Virus record (IMG/VR): IMGVR_UViG_3300024268_000027
Direction: 5' to 3' (one strand)
DNA from: an uncultured virus (IMG/VR IMGVR_UViG_3300024268_000027)
Taxonomy: Duplodnaviria; Heunggongvirae; Uroviricota; Caudoviricetes
Length of the DNA: 54,695 nt
This document shows, one piece after another, positions 48,501-54,695 of this stretch. Position numbers and translations under genes: made by a program. Within the stretch, counting starts at the first letter, position 1. Each line of letters starts with the position of its first letter. A model generated the notes under the pieces. It did no database searches. It had not been told where the DNA came from and worked only from the letters and a program-made list of their open reading frames with translations.

Positions 48501-49166
48501 TTTCAGATTCAATGTTTTAACAACTTTACCTGCAACAGAAATAGAACAAGCAAAATCTCCAGTGGGTGCTCCGTCTTCCTCAGATGTAAATGTAAACTTA
48601 AGAACAACAGGAGAGCCATTTGCAGCTGATAGAGACGATGCTCCGTTGTTATTGCTGATCTTCAGAATAACATTACTTGAGTCTCCACCACCTGAGCCAC
48701 CTTTAACTTCAACTGGATCTGAAACAATAACACCACCAGCTGTTAGATACAACAGATTGTTTTCATATAACAACCCATCAACAGCAGCCGCATCAATAAA
48801 TTGTTTCAGACTTGCTTTCAAATCAGCTGTTTCTTTACCAACAGCTCTGATATGTTCACCAGCTGTATCATATTCCGCCTCATCGTAACCAACACGCATA
48901 TCGCGTATTTCTAACTCTGTTACTGCGGTATCTGATCCAGATCCAACAATATTGGAAACCTGATTTCTCAGTGTGTTGATTGCGCTTTCAAGCTCACCAT
49001 CGATATAAGGAAGATCTTCAAACTTACTTTGACCGTTACCTAACTTAAATCTTTTCTTACCGTTGTCACAGTATTCAACAATGAGCTCGTTCTTTGCAGG
49101 AATAACTGTTGATTTGAGCCAGTCAGAAGTGGTTCCGTGTCTTAGTTGTGTAATAAATTTTGCCAC
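42501..49166 (-). CDS. Giant multidomain fibre/adhesin: Mtd_N, Ig-like, LamG-like, CotH-kinase-like, LRR, Listeria-Bacteroides-type repeats, BspA LRR
   Basis: N-terminal LRHGT..DW...RFKLGNG...LPY; IYNIRVYDYELS (LamG); QGTSSQFYVRKNWK, DQRAKNMFL, YDNDTSFG (CotH-like); YTYTWGGWS; more than 10 IPxSVTxIGxxAFxxC repeats. Confidence 0.8.
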   Translation of the reverse strand: MAKFITQLRHGTTSDWLKSTVIPAKNELIVEYCDNGKKRFKLGNGQSKFEDLPYIDGELESAINTLRNQVSNIVGSGSDTAVTELEIRDMRVGYDEAEYDTAGEHIRAVGKETADLKASLKQFIDAAAVDGLLYENNLLYLTAGGVIVSDPVEVKGGSGGGDSSNVILKISNNNGASSLSAANGSPVVLKFTFTSEEDGAPTGDFACSISVAGKVVKTLNLKQGAQVIDVSDLLKAGSNTVRVTCSDIYGNSRSLAYTCTVIDLRISSTFDSSRPFDDAIIFQYVPTGEIDKTVHFLIDGKEVAYKNVSASGRSMTQELPLQSHGSHSLDVYITATLNDQTITSNHLVYDIMCVEAGVETPLIASVYPTTEIKQGNIISIPYCVYVPGKDSADITLSIYEMISGEEKAYGTPIELNVDRSLHYWNVRQYPTGTVRFKITYTDEKYTVSKTHTILVEKSDIDIDPVTASLALQLSAVGRSNDERPSPAHWTYNDITTTFNNFNWVSNGWVVDENLDTCLRLNGDANIDIDYKLFDRDFREMGKTIELEFAIRDVNDREAVVIDCTDGNIGLQVTADTATLSGTGAKVNCTYRENEHIRVSFTVGMVNNGTRFICTYIDGILSNIAQYPENGNFEQTTAKTIHIGSELCGIDIYNIRVYDYELSSDEIVQNYIADTTLPVLKQELFEDNDIFEDGKVSYDKVKTKIPTVLFIGSMPTFKGDKKKNSVTMVFIHPDHPELNFTELLKEIDVQGTSSQFYVRKNWKTKHNVEHQHMVDQVPAKVFCLKVDYAEATGTHNTQVANFAETLYSEKIPPQAIEPRVRTTIAGFPCVIFEQETADSEPVFSSKANFNFDKGAENAFGFSSAFDTECWEFCNNTSNSCNFLGEIPDDWKDDFEPRYTGKTTTVINDEGEEEQVNCWDRIEELREKQKALAQDGKALSEAELSELAELNRDTIARFKEMHDWVLSTATVAPVETQDDDGNVVLGGVTDIDFTNAADLPEPVIYGGKTYYKDNKEYRLAKFEYEFENYFNMHYSTVYYVFTFFALMTDQRAKNMFLTYWETNGQGRWYPYLYDNDTSFGINNEGARVFDYYHEDTDKIGTSNVYNGQNSILWNNFRVCFPQRIAAMYASLRSDKKITYDKLVDRFITQGAEQWSASLYNEDAEYKYITMARPENADPEKGVDTANLYQVKGSAEHHFKYFVENRIMYCDSKWNCGDYPSDYAFLRIYTPQVVGGNTPKYTSTKNDDGTIEITSNWLINNGTEDVDTGLAVTFDEDNAIIAPEIVDKIWHINGVSTNIEVLGDPLVVTPDPSITVKTFSSMYAGVKYKANGTFQSQKLMAGESHKFSPPNPKEIFNDTETGIYGASEISSLGDLSPLYCGVINVSSCKKLTDLIIGNHTSGYKNDNFRELSIGSNKLLKKIDVTNCTGLGLDHGNGTPQLTLDVSNCPNIEEIYAEGTNLQNIQLPDSGYLRVLHAPSTLTSLTIKNQIYLTDETSEEHPVPNLKIDDWSKIKQLFIENCPGLDTRRLLENCRDDEGNWTVDRVRLTDVDWTVPDVTFLKSLYSVKGSDKLNVNTDHAYLTGKCYIETLTGEEMAEINSIYPYLEISFGTLTAKLTLKDLAGGTYEVQEITCSNNVGGTGTCPITAGRIPTPTRTGNEQYTYTWGGWSRSLDGDPDPDALLNIRADRTVYVAFVKTVKQYDVDFYNDNILLATVSTPYGGDAAYPGEDPEKLDTAYPELYDFRSWYPEPVNITGPLKCYAQFQIVEEGGWHTLGLADFDKSVDSTNKTLSITAYNAVHPLVKVPETFTVESASYSTTSVAGFNQSVVELVDLPNTLQTISANTFSDCTKLSEIDIPTSVNYIGSRAFYNCTTLDKVNYNAVEATAGTYNGYISQGPFNGCVSSKGFVVRIGNKVEVIPASMFSQGNTNENTVIRIEFEDTPVCAEIGEYAFARVSLEKLELPSSIKKIKSYAFRNNSKITELVLPEGLTTLGDSVFVEWKRLKKVTIPSTVSSIGSSLFASCPELETIIVDSNNAQYVSIDNCLIDKVSKQLIQGCKTSIIPESVTSFDSSAFKGCTNLMSVVVPSTVSEIPSECFYECTNLTSIAFRGNVTNIRAQAFYSCYNLDINLPDSVTSIGTNAFSYNKVTETLTMPSKLTNIGAKAFSSCEKLTTVDFRNVEDLPTISDDAFASCAALTEIIVPWEENKVVGAPWGATNATIKYNS

Positions 49167-49201
49167 GTCTAATCACACTCCTCAATAAAGTTTCTTATAC
49201 T

Positions 49202-49212
49202 GTTATATACAA
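49202..49212 (-). promoter_or_regulatory. Motif TTGTATATAAC upstream of the giant fibre gene
   Basis: Intergenic, just downstream of a terminator hairpin; TTGACT at 49232-49227 upstream. Confidence 0.6.
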
Positions 49213-49230
49213 TTGTATCAACAGCAAGTC

Positions 49231-49267
49231 AATAAAAATAGAGCTACATATCAATGTAGCTCTATTT
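49231..49267 (-). terminator. Intrinsic terminator
   Basis: 14-bp inverted repeat AAATAGAGCTACAT/ATGTAGCTCTATTT, then TTATT on the minus strand. Confidence 0.8.
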
Positions 49268-49285
49268 AACTTATGTAATAACAAA

Positions 49286-50164
49286 TTACCAACTAGAAGT
49301 TGCAGTTCCGCAATCAAGAATTAGAACTGTTGCTAGTTCAGATCCATCTCCTAACATGTTATATAGTGCGTTAACTCTATCAGTTTGAGTTCCAATGTTA
49401 GTTTTGTTTGTTTGTGAATCTGTATAAGCTGTATCCCAGTTAGAAACTTTTGTTGAAGTGATGCCATCAATAACACCCTTGTTAGAGTGCGTGTGAATAT
49501 TATCTGCAACAATAGAGTCTAAAAGGGTCTTGTTTGTATGAGTATGACTTGCAGACTGAAGAGCATCAATCTCATCTTCTGCAGTTGCTCTCCATGTTTC
49601 GAGAGCAGTAATACGCTTTGCTTCAGCTGTAACATCGCCCAGCTCAATCCAACCAGTTCCATCGTACACATACTCAACATCACGAGCATCAGTATCTGTT
49701 ACTTTGTAGATTACAATATCACCTCTAGCGGGTGTTATAGCTTCACCACCAACGGTAACCGTTCCTGTTGCAGGATCAGTTGTAGAAATGCCGATAAAAT
49801 GCATTCCGCCAGTAACAGCATTCTGCAAAGCTAAGATTGCTTCCTCAGCTTTATCAAGATCATCAGTTAATGTGATGATTGCTTGGTTACCAGTAATATC
49901 AACATCATTGATGGATGCAGATTTTGCCCAATCATAAACATCAGATGCAGGGGCGGATAACCAGTTAAGTCCACTAAATGCAGTAGAACCATCGCCGATT
50001 TTCATCAAGTAAGTTGAGCTAGAAGAGCCATCACTTTCAGTTGTAGCAAATTCTACAAGAGCAATCTCACCCTTCTTAAGTGTAATGTTACTTGAAGTCC
50101 ACTCAGCATATGTACCATGTTTATTAACAATTCTTGTATTAAGAGTTTTTTCAATAACTGACAT
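49286..50164 (-). CDS. Fibre protein with Mtd_N-like N-terminus
   Basis: KHGTYAEW...LKKGEIALVE...MKIGDG; HTHTNK/HTHSNK repeats; C-terminal ILDCGTA. Confidence 0.75.
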   Translation of the reverse strand: MSVIEKTLNTRIVNKHGTYAEWTSSNITLKKGEIALVEFATTESDGSSSSTYLMKIGDGSTAFSGLNWLSAPASDVYDWAKSASINDVDITGNQAIITLTDDLDKAEEAILALQNAVTGGMHFIGISTTDPATGTVTVGGEAITPARGDIVIYKVTDTDARDVEYVYDGTGWIELGDVTAEAKRITALETWRATAEDEIDALQSASHTHTNKTLLDSIVADNIHTHSNKGVIDGITSTKVSNWDTAYTDSQTNKTNIGTQTDRVNALYNMLGDGSELATVLILDCGTATSSW

Positions 50165-50180
50165 ATTTGTACCTCGTAGA

Positions 50181-50228
50181 AACTATCTCTCTATAAGATT
50201 ATATACAAGATCTTATAGAGAGATAGTT
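50181..50228. promoter_or_regulatory. Perfect 19-bp inverted repeat with the TTGTATATAAT motif spanning its 10-nt loop
   Basis: AACTATCTCTCTATAAGAT/ATCTTATAGAGAGATAGTT; minus-strand loop CTTGTATATA. Confidence 0.75.
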
Positions 50229-50247
50229 GTAGATTTAAGTGATGGAA

Positions 50248-52182
50248 TTAAGCATTGCCACCGTTAAGAATAAGAACAGTATTCTCATCCTGAACCAACT
50301 TAGTAACATTTAAGCTATGAACTTCCATTGCTTTATCTTCGTTGATAGAGACCATGTTCATAGCTGCAGTTCCCTTAACAACACCGTAAACTGCATTACT
50401 TGCACTAGCAATCTCAACAATCTTACTTGCGTTAGGAGCGAGTGTTTCACCAGCAACAGAAATGCCTTCAATGACGTTAACCTGAGCACCTTCTGCAATT
50501 CCAGCTAACTTCTCTTCCTCAGCAGCAGACATTAAGCCAGCAGCCGTTTCACGGTTAGCAGACATCCAATCAGCTAAACCAGTAACATTTGTTGCAGCTA
50601 GAGTGCCATCGGCATTCAGCTTAGCAAGTTTAGCAAGATCGGTGCTTGAGATAAGCTCTTTGCCATCTTCCTTAGATACTTTACCATTGATGTTGTCTTG
50701 TAGTGCTTGTAAAGAACCGGCTAAGCCTGTGACTTTGTTCTGAGCAATCTCCTTGATGCTGAGCTCTCTGTCAGTGACAGTAAACTCACCTTCATCTGCA
50801 GAATGAATAACATTCTTCTCAGCTTCATCCCAAGCAGCAACTTTCTCAGAAGTAATTTCATCAAGAACATCTTTGTTGCTGTGAGTGTGAGCTTTGTCTT
50901 CAAGTCCAGTAACTTTGTCACTAATGCCTGAAACAGTTTCGTTAGTCGCATCAAGTGCAGTCTGATCAGCTTTCTTTGCAACATTAGCAATAGTTTCGTA
51001 CTTAGCATCATACTTAGCATCTAAACCATTGATGGTTTGTTGCAGAGCTGTAATCTTACCGTCAAGTGTGCTATCAGCAGCTGCATAAGCGTCTACTACA
51101 CTGTTGATAGCAGTTTGAAGATCGGAGTCAGTTGCATAAGGAGTAAGGTCAATTGAAGTTTCACCGATAAGAGTAGGAGTCTTAGTTCCTTCTGCATCAG
51201 TTAAAACAATATACTGCTCGTAAACATCAGCACCGGTTACATCCTCTTTCTTTAACAGATAAAGGGTTGTAGTGTCGGTCATCTCAGTAATACTAGTAAC
51301 TACTCGAGCACTGAAATGAGCTTGTTTACCAATTTCCTGAGCAACATATGTATGTACTTCATCTTTTGTATATCTGTTGCTGATTGCATCCTCAGCTGCG
51401 GACATATCATCCTCTAAAGTTGCAACTTTAGAAACTAAGCCAGGAACAGCAGCTACATAGTCGCCATCTTCCTCACTGCCTGTAGCAGGAGTTCCATTCA
51501 AGGTCTGCTCAACAGCAGTAACACGATTACCGAGAGCAGTATCTGCATTTGCAAGCTCTACATCTTTTGCTTGAAGAGCTGTAATAGCCTCAGCATTTGC
51601 GTTAGCTGCATCCTGAGCAGCACCAACAGCTTCCTCGAGAACTTCATCCTTATCCTCAAGGTTTGTTACACGCTCAGTTAAACCGGTTAAGTTAGCGTTC
51701 AATCCATCAACAGTAATGTTAGAAGGGACTGACCACACTAACTCACCGTTAACTAACTGAGGAACATAAGTTCCGGAAGTCTTACCCTCAATGCCGTGAA
51801 CAGTAATCTTACCTGTTGCATCAACATCGATAGTTTTGTCATCTCCAACAGGAGTGATACCAACTTCTTTGTAGCTGAATGCATACTTACCTTGAGCAAC
51901 ATCAACGTCCTCTTCAGCACGCTCTTCCAGAATGTAAGCAGTTACCTTACGAGTTTCATTGTCAACAAGAGCAAGATACTGACCAGCGTAGGGATAAGGA
52001 ACAACCTTCTCCTCTGCATTCTTGAACCAGTACTCAGATACGTCAGTTGTATAAGCACCTTTACTTACATAGTACTTAAGATCATTTTCACTTGTGAACA
52101 CTTGAGAAATATCAAGTGCGCCATAAGCCTGTCTGTTCAGGTTAACAGGAAGTGATGCAAATTTCTGATATTCGTAACTCAT
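50248..52182 (-). CDS. Coiled-coil tail/head fibre protein
   Basis: Heptad repeats, HTHSNK, GLMSAAEEEKLAGIAEGAQVNVIE and YGVVKG fibre motifs; C-terminal ILNGGNA. Confidence 0.75.
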   Translation of the reverse strand: MSYEYQKFASLPVNLNRQAYGALDISQVFTSENDLKYYVSKGAYTTDVSEYWFKNAEEKVVPYPYAGQYLALVDNETRKVTAYILEERAEEDVDVAQGKYAFSYKEVGITPVGDDKTIDVDATGKITVHGIEGKTSGTYVPQLVNGELVWSVPSNITVDGLNANLTGLTERVTNLEDKDEVLEEAVGAAQDAANANAEAITALQAKDVELANADTALGNRVTAVEQTLNGTPATGSEEDGDYVAAVPGLVSKVATLEDDMSAAEDAISNRYTKDEVHTYVAQEIGKQAHFSARVVTSITEMTDTTTLYLLKKEDVTGADVYEQYIVLTDAEGTKTPTLIGETSIDLTPYATDSDLQTAINSVVDAYAAADSTLDGKITALQQTINGLDAKYDAKYETIANVAKKADQTALDATNETVSGISDKVTGLEDKAHTHSNKDVLDEITSEKVAAWDEAEKNVIHSADEGEFTVTDRELSIKEIAQNKVTGLAGSLQALQDNINGKVSKEDGKELISSTDLAKLAKLNADGTLAATNVTGLADWMSANRETAAGLMSAAEEEKLAGIAEGAQVNVIEGISVAGETLAPNASKIVEIASASNAVYGVVKGTAAMNMVSINEDKAMEVHSLNVTKLVQDENTVLILNGGNA

Positions 52183-52210
52183 AATATTACTTTATTCTCC
52201 TTCTCTGTTA

Positions 52211-53341
52211 TTAACCGATTGTGAAATCGTAATGTGTAGCTGCAAGACCCTCAGCTTGAACAAGAGTCCAAGTTTTGTATTCAACAGCTGTTGCACCATT
52301 TGCACCTTCAACTTCAACAGTATCAGAAACAAACTTACCAAAAGCACTTAAGCCCATTCCATCAACGTCGATGACTTCAGTCAGTGCTTTGTTACAAGCA
52401 GTAGGAATAGCAACTACAATACGTGTTGTGCCCGCAGGAATTTCTACACCTGCTTGAGATGCTGCGTCTTTGCCCCATCCCATATGAGTTGCACCACGAA
52501 TGAATGCAGAGGAGATAGGAGTTGTATGATCCTTACCGATGTACATAAACCACTTACGATAACCAGTAACAGTTAAAGATCCTGTTGCAGTTAAATCTTG
52601 AGCACCAATTTTCAAGCTTTCAACTTTAGTTCCCACATTGTTGACAGGAGTTCTAGGAGAACCATCATGAGAAGCACTTGCACTGAAATTGAAGGTTCTT
52701 GCTGTATCGGTAAACTTACGATCAGCATCAGGTAACTCTGTTGTAGTTAAACTTAGTGTAACATCACTGTTTGAGTTACTTCCGGTTGCTGTTTTAGCGG
52801 GATTTTCAGAACTGATAGAAATTGAGGAGAACACAATTCCTGTACCAGTATCAGTATACTTTGTAGTACCATCAGCACCGTAAGAACCATACTGATAAGA
52901 ACCAGTTCCAACTTTTGCAGTGGCTGTTGGTAATGCAAACAACTCACCAACTTCACCGGTCTGATTTCCGCTAGTTGAAATAGTTAAAGTACGAGCTCCA
53001 ACTGTAGGATTAGTAGGAACAGCAAATGCATCAAGAAGAACTTGCTGAGCTGTTTTACCTTCAGCAGGAACAACAACAGAGCCAGAACTGCCTGGCTTGT
53101 ATCTACCAAACTGCATTGTTAACTGCAGATCGCTGTCAAATTGTGCAATCTGCTGAAGCTCTGAATAATTGTAAGTATAAGGGAGCTCACTCCACTTTTT
53201 CTCACCATCACCAATCTTCAGTTTGTTGTCAGAAGCACCAACTTCAACACCGAACTCGCCAGCGCCCAAAACAGGATCTTTTGCAGTCCAGTTTTCTGCT
53301 GTATCATTACGGATAAGAATTTGAGTTTTTAATTCTGCCAT
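52211..53341 (-). CDS. Fibre protein with Mtd_N-like N-terminus and beta-rich C-terminal domains; start revised to MAELK
   Basis: IRNDTAENW...VLGAGEFGVE...KLKIGDG...LPY; GAGGA SD before ATG 53341. Confidence 0.75.
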   Translation of the reverse strand: MAELKTQILIRNDTAENWTAKDPVLGAGEFGVEVGASDNKLKIGDGEKKWSELPYTYNYSELQQIAQFDSDLQLTMQFGRYKPGSSGSVVVPAEGKTAQQVLLDAFAVPTNPTVGARTLTISTSGNQTGEVGELFALPTATAKVGTGSYQYGSYGADGTTKYTDTGTGIVFSSISISSENPAKTATGSNSNSDVTLSLTTTELPDADRKFTDTARTFNFSASASHDGSPRTPVNNVGTKVESLKIGAQDLTATGSLTVTGYRKWFMYIGKDHTTPISSAFIRGATHMGWGKDAASQAGVEIPAGTTRIVVAIPTACNKALTEVIDVDGMGLSAFGKFVSDTVEVEGANGATAVEYKTWTLVQAEGLAATHYDFTIG

Positions 53342-53425
53342 AATTGATTGATTTCCTCTCATAAAAATAAATTTATAAACTTACTTTCTGCATCTACAAG
53401 TATATTACTTGATTATCATTCAAAG

Positions 53426-53842
53426 TTATTTTGAAAATGTGGAAGAAGCATCTCCGCCGTTTATGCATTGAATTTCATTCCAGTCTCTGCCAATACAGAT
53501 AAAGTTACCACCTTCGGCATCCCATCTGTAAGCAGCATTTTCCTTAACAACTATATATACAATTCCAACTTGACCTATCTGTGGTAAGTCGAATAGTGTA
53601 CTAACTTGCACTTCTCTTGATGAGGATTCTAGAGCAGTAACACGCTCTTTAAGATCAATGATGTCCTCATCAAAGGAACTACTTGCTTGAATACGCTCAA
53701 GCACAAGATTATTTTGATCATTTTTTATGCACACAAAGACTTCAAGTGTATCAGTACAAATGTACCAGCAACCTTCAATCTTGTTTATATCAGCAATGTT
53801 ATCAATATTTGCTCTTAAACCATACTTAATCTGAAATTGCAC
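53426..53842 (-). CDS. Small fibre-associated adaptor protein
   Basis: GTG start with GAGGT SD; divergent Mtd_N-like start (EGCWYICTDT); LPQIGQVGIVYIV...YRWD; C-terminal INGGDA. Confidence 0.65.
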   Translation of the reverse strand: MQFQIKYGLRANIDNIADINKIEGCWYICTDTLEVFVCIKNDQNNLVLERIQASSSFDEDIIDLKERVTALESSSREVQVSTLFDLPQIGQVGIVYIVVKENAAYRWDAEGGNFICIGRDWNEIQCINGGDASSTFSK

Positions 53843-53856
53843 TTTATTTACCTCTC

Positions 53857-54693
53857 TTAGAATGTTCCATAAGAGATTGAGGACACTGTTGCACCGTCAG
53901 TTATTGCTGCTTCAACCTTTTCATCAACAATCTTTTCTACTTCTTCAGAAGTAATATGTTTAACAGCAGCAATCTGTTCTTGAACAAATTCTTGAGTAGC
54001 CAGGTCCGCAATCTCAGTCTTTGTTGCAAAAGTACCAAGAACACCCTTCTGGCTTGATATAGCATCCGATAACTCTTTCAGAGTATCTAACTCTTCAGGA
54101 GCGCTATCAACAAGTTTTGCAACTGCTTCGTCAACATAACCCTCAGTTGCATAACCTTCAGGAACCCCGGTCAAGTATCCTGCATCATTCTCAAGCTCAC
54201 CTAATCTAGTAGGAACCTGTGGAAGTTCAATTGCTCTTATTTTCTCATCAACATATGCTTCAGAAGCAAGTTCATCTATAGAAGGAATCTTTGCTTCAAC
54301 TTCATGTAGTTCTTCTTTTGTAGCTAAATCAGTTAGATCGACTTCAGGGAGCGTAATCTTACCAATCTCTTCGGCAAGCTCAGATTTAGTTACAAAGTTC
54401 TGAATATCATCGGTAGTTACTACGTCCTCTGGAAGTTCCACCGACAACGAGAGATCTTCAAGCTTCTGTTCAACAAACTCTTTTGTAGCATACTCACCAA
54501 GATCAACACCTGTTAGTGTCTTGATCTCTTCACGAAGTGCAGCAACAGCACTTGCAAGTTCTTCCTTAGTTGCAGAACTTTTTTTACAAGCATCGATGTG
54601 CTCATAGATGTGTGTCTTGTCAGTTGTAAAATTATCTGCTAAAGTTTGAATTCTGTTTTCAAGTTGCTCAAGATCTGCTCGAAACTGAGTTTG
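53857..54693 (-). CDS. Fibre protein with ATKxxV/L repeats (5' end beyond window)
   Basis: Frame open from the window end (QTQFRADLEQLENR...YATKEFV...); LVDSAPEELDTLKELSDAI fibre motif; C-terminal ISYGTF. Confidence 0.75.
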   Translation of the reverse strand, partial: QTQFRADLEQLENRIQTLADNFTTDKTHIYEHIDACKKSSATKEELASAVAALREEIKTLTGVDLGEYATKEFVEQKLEDLSLSVELPEDVVTTDDIQNFVTKSELAEEIGKITLPEVDLTDLATKEELHEVEAKIPSIDELASEAYVDEKIRAIELPQVPTRLGELENDAGYLTGVPEGYATEGYVDEAVAKLVDSAPEELDTLKELSDAISSQKGVLGTFATKTEIADLATQEFVQEQIAAVKHITSEEVEKIVDEKVEAAITDGATVSSISYGTF

Positions 54694-54695
54694 AT

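Noticed and set aside
1822..53316. Numerous other short plus-strand and nested minus-strand ORFs in the track
   Set aside because: All overlap longer, motif-bearing minus-strand genes and have implausible Ser/Leu/Phe-rich composition
1..54695. Stop-codon reassignment, tRNA genes, CRISPR array, introns or inteins
   Set aside because: Genes are full length in the standard code with TAA, TGA and TAG all used as stops; no cloverleaf, repeat-spacer array or interrupted TerL/helicase/capsid gene was seen

Overview
The window is a fragment of a large contractile-tailed (myovirus-type) dsDNA phage genome. It is AT-rich, uses the standard genetic code, and essentially all real genes lie on the minus strand. 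In transcription order (right to left) it contains: a tail-fibre/adhesin cluster including a 2221-aa multidomain protein; a ParB-like gene; T4-superfamily head genes (TerL, gp20-like portal, gp21-like protease fused to a scaffold, gp23-like capsid); a holin-like gene; neck, sheath and tube genes; a nucleotidyltransferase-SWIM fusion; tail chaperone(s), tape measure and baseplate genes with an inserted HNH gene; then a SNF2 helicase, a sigma-like gene and an initiator/DnaC/DnaB replication module that runs off the left edge. The host is probably a Bacillota (inferred from BspA-type repeats, strong SD sites and a sigmaA-type promoter). The most notable unexplained patterns are: (1) complementary N-terminal Mtd_N-like domains and C-terminal [IL]-[DN]-x-G-x-[AIF] tails across the fibre proteins, suggesting a plug-and-socket assembly chain; (2) a recurring intergenic motif TTGTATATAA(T/C), often embedded in or beside hairpins, one of which occludes an RBS and has a competing hairpin; (3) an NTase-SWIM fusion that may be cut by the prohead protease; (4) a candidate +1 frameshift in the tail chaperone; (5) a circularly permuted BspA module. 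All family calls come from motif recognition by eye; no database searches were run.
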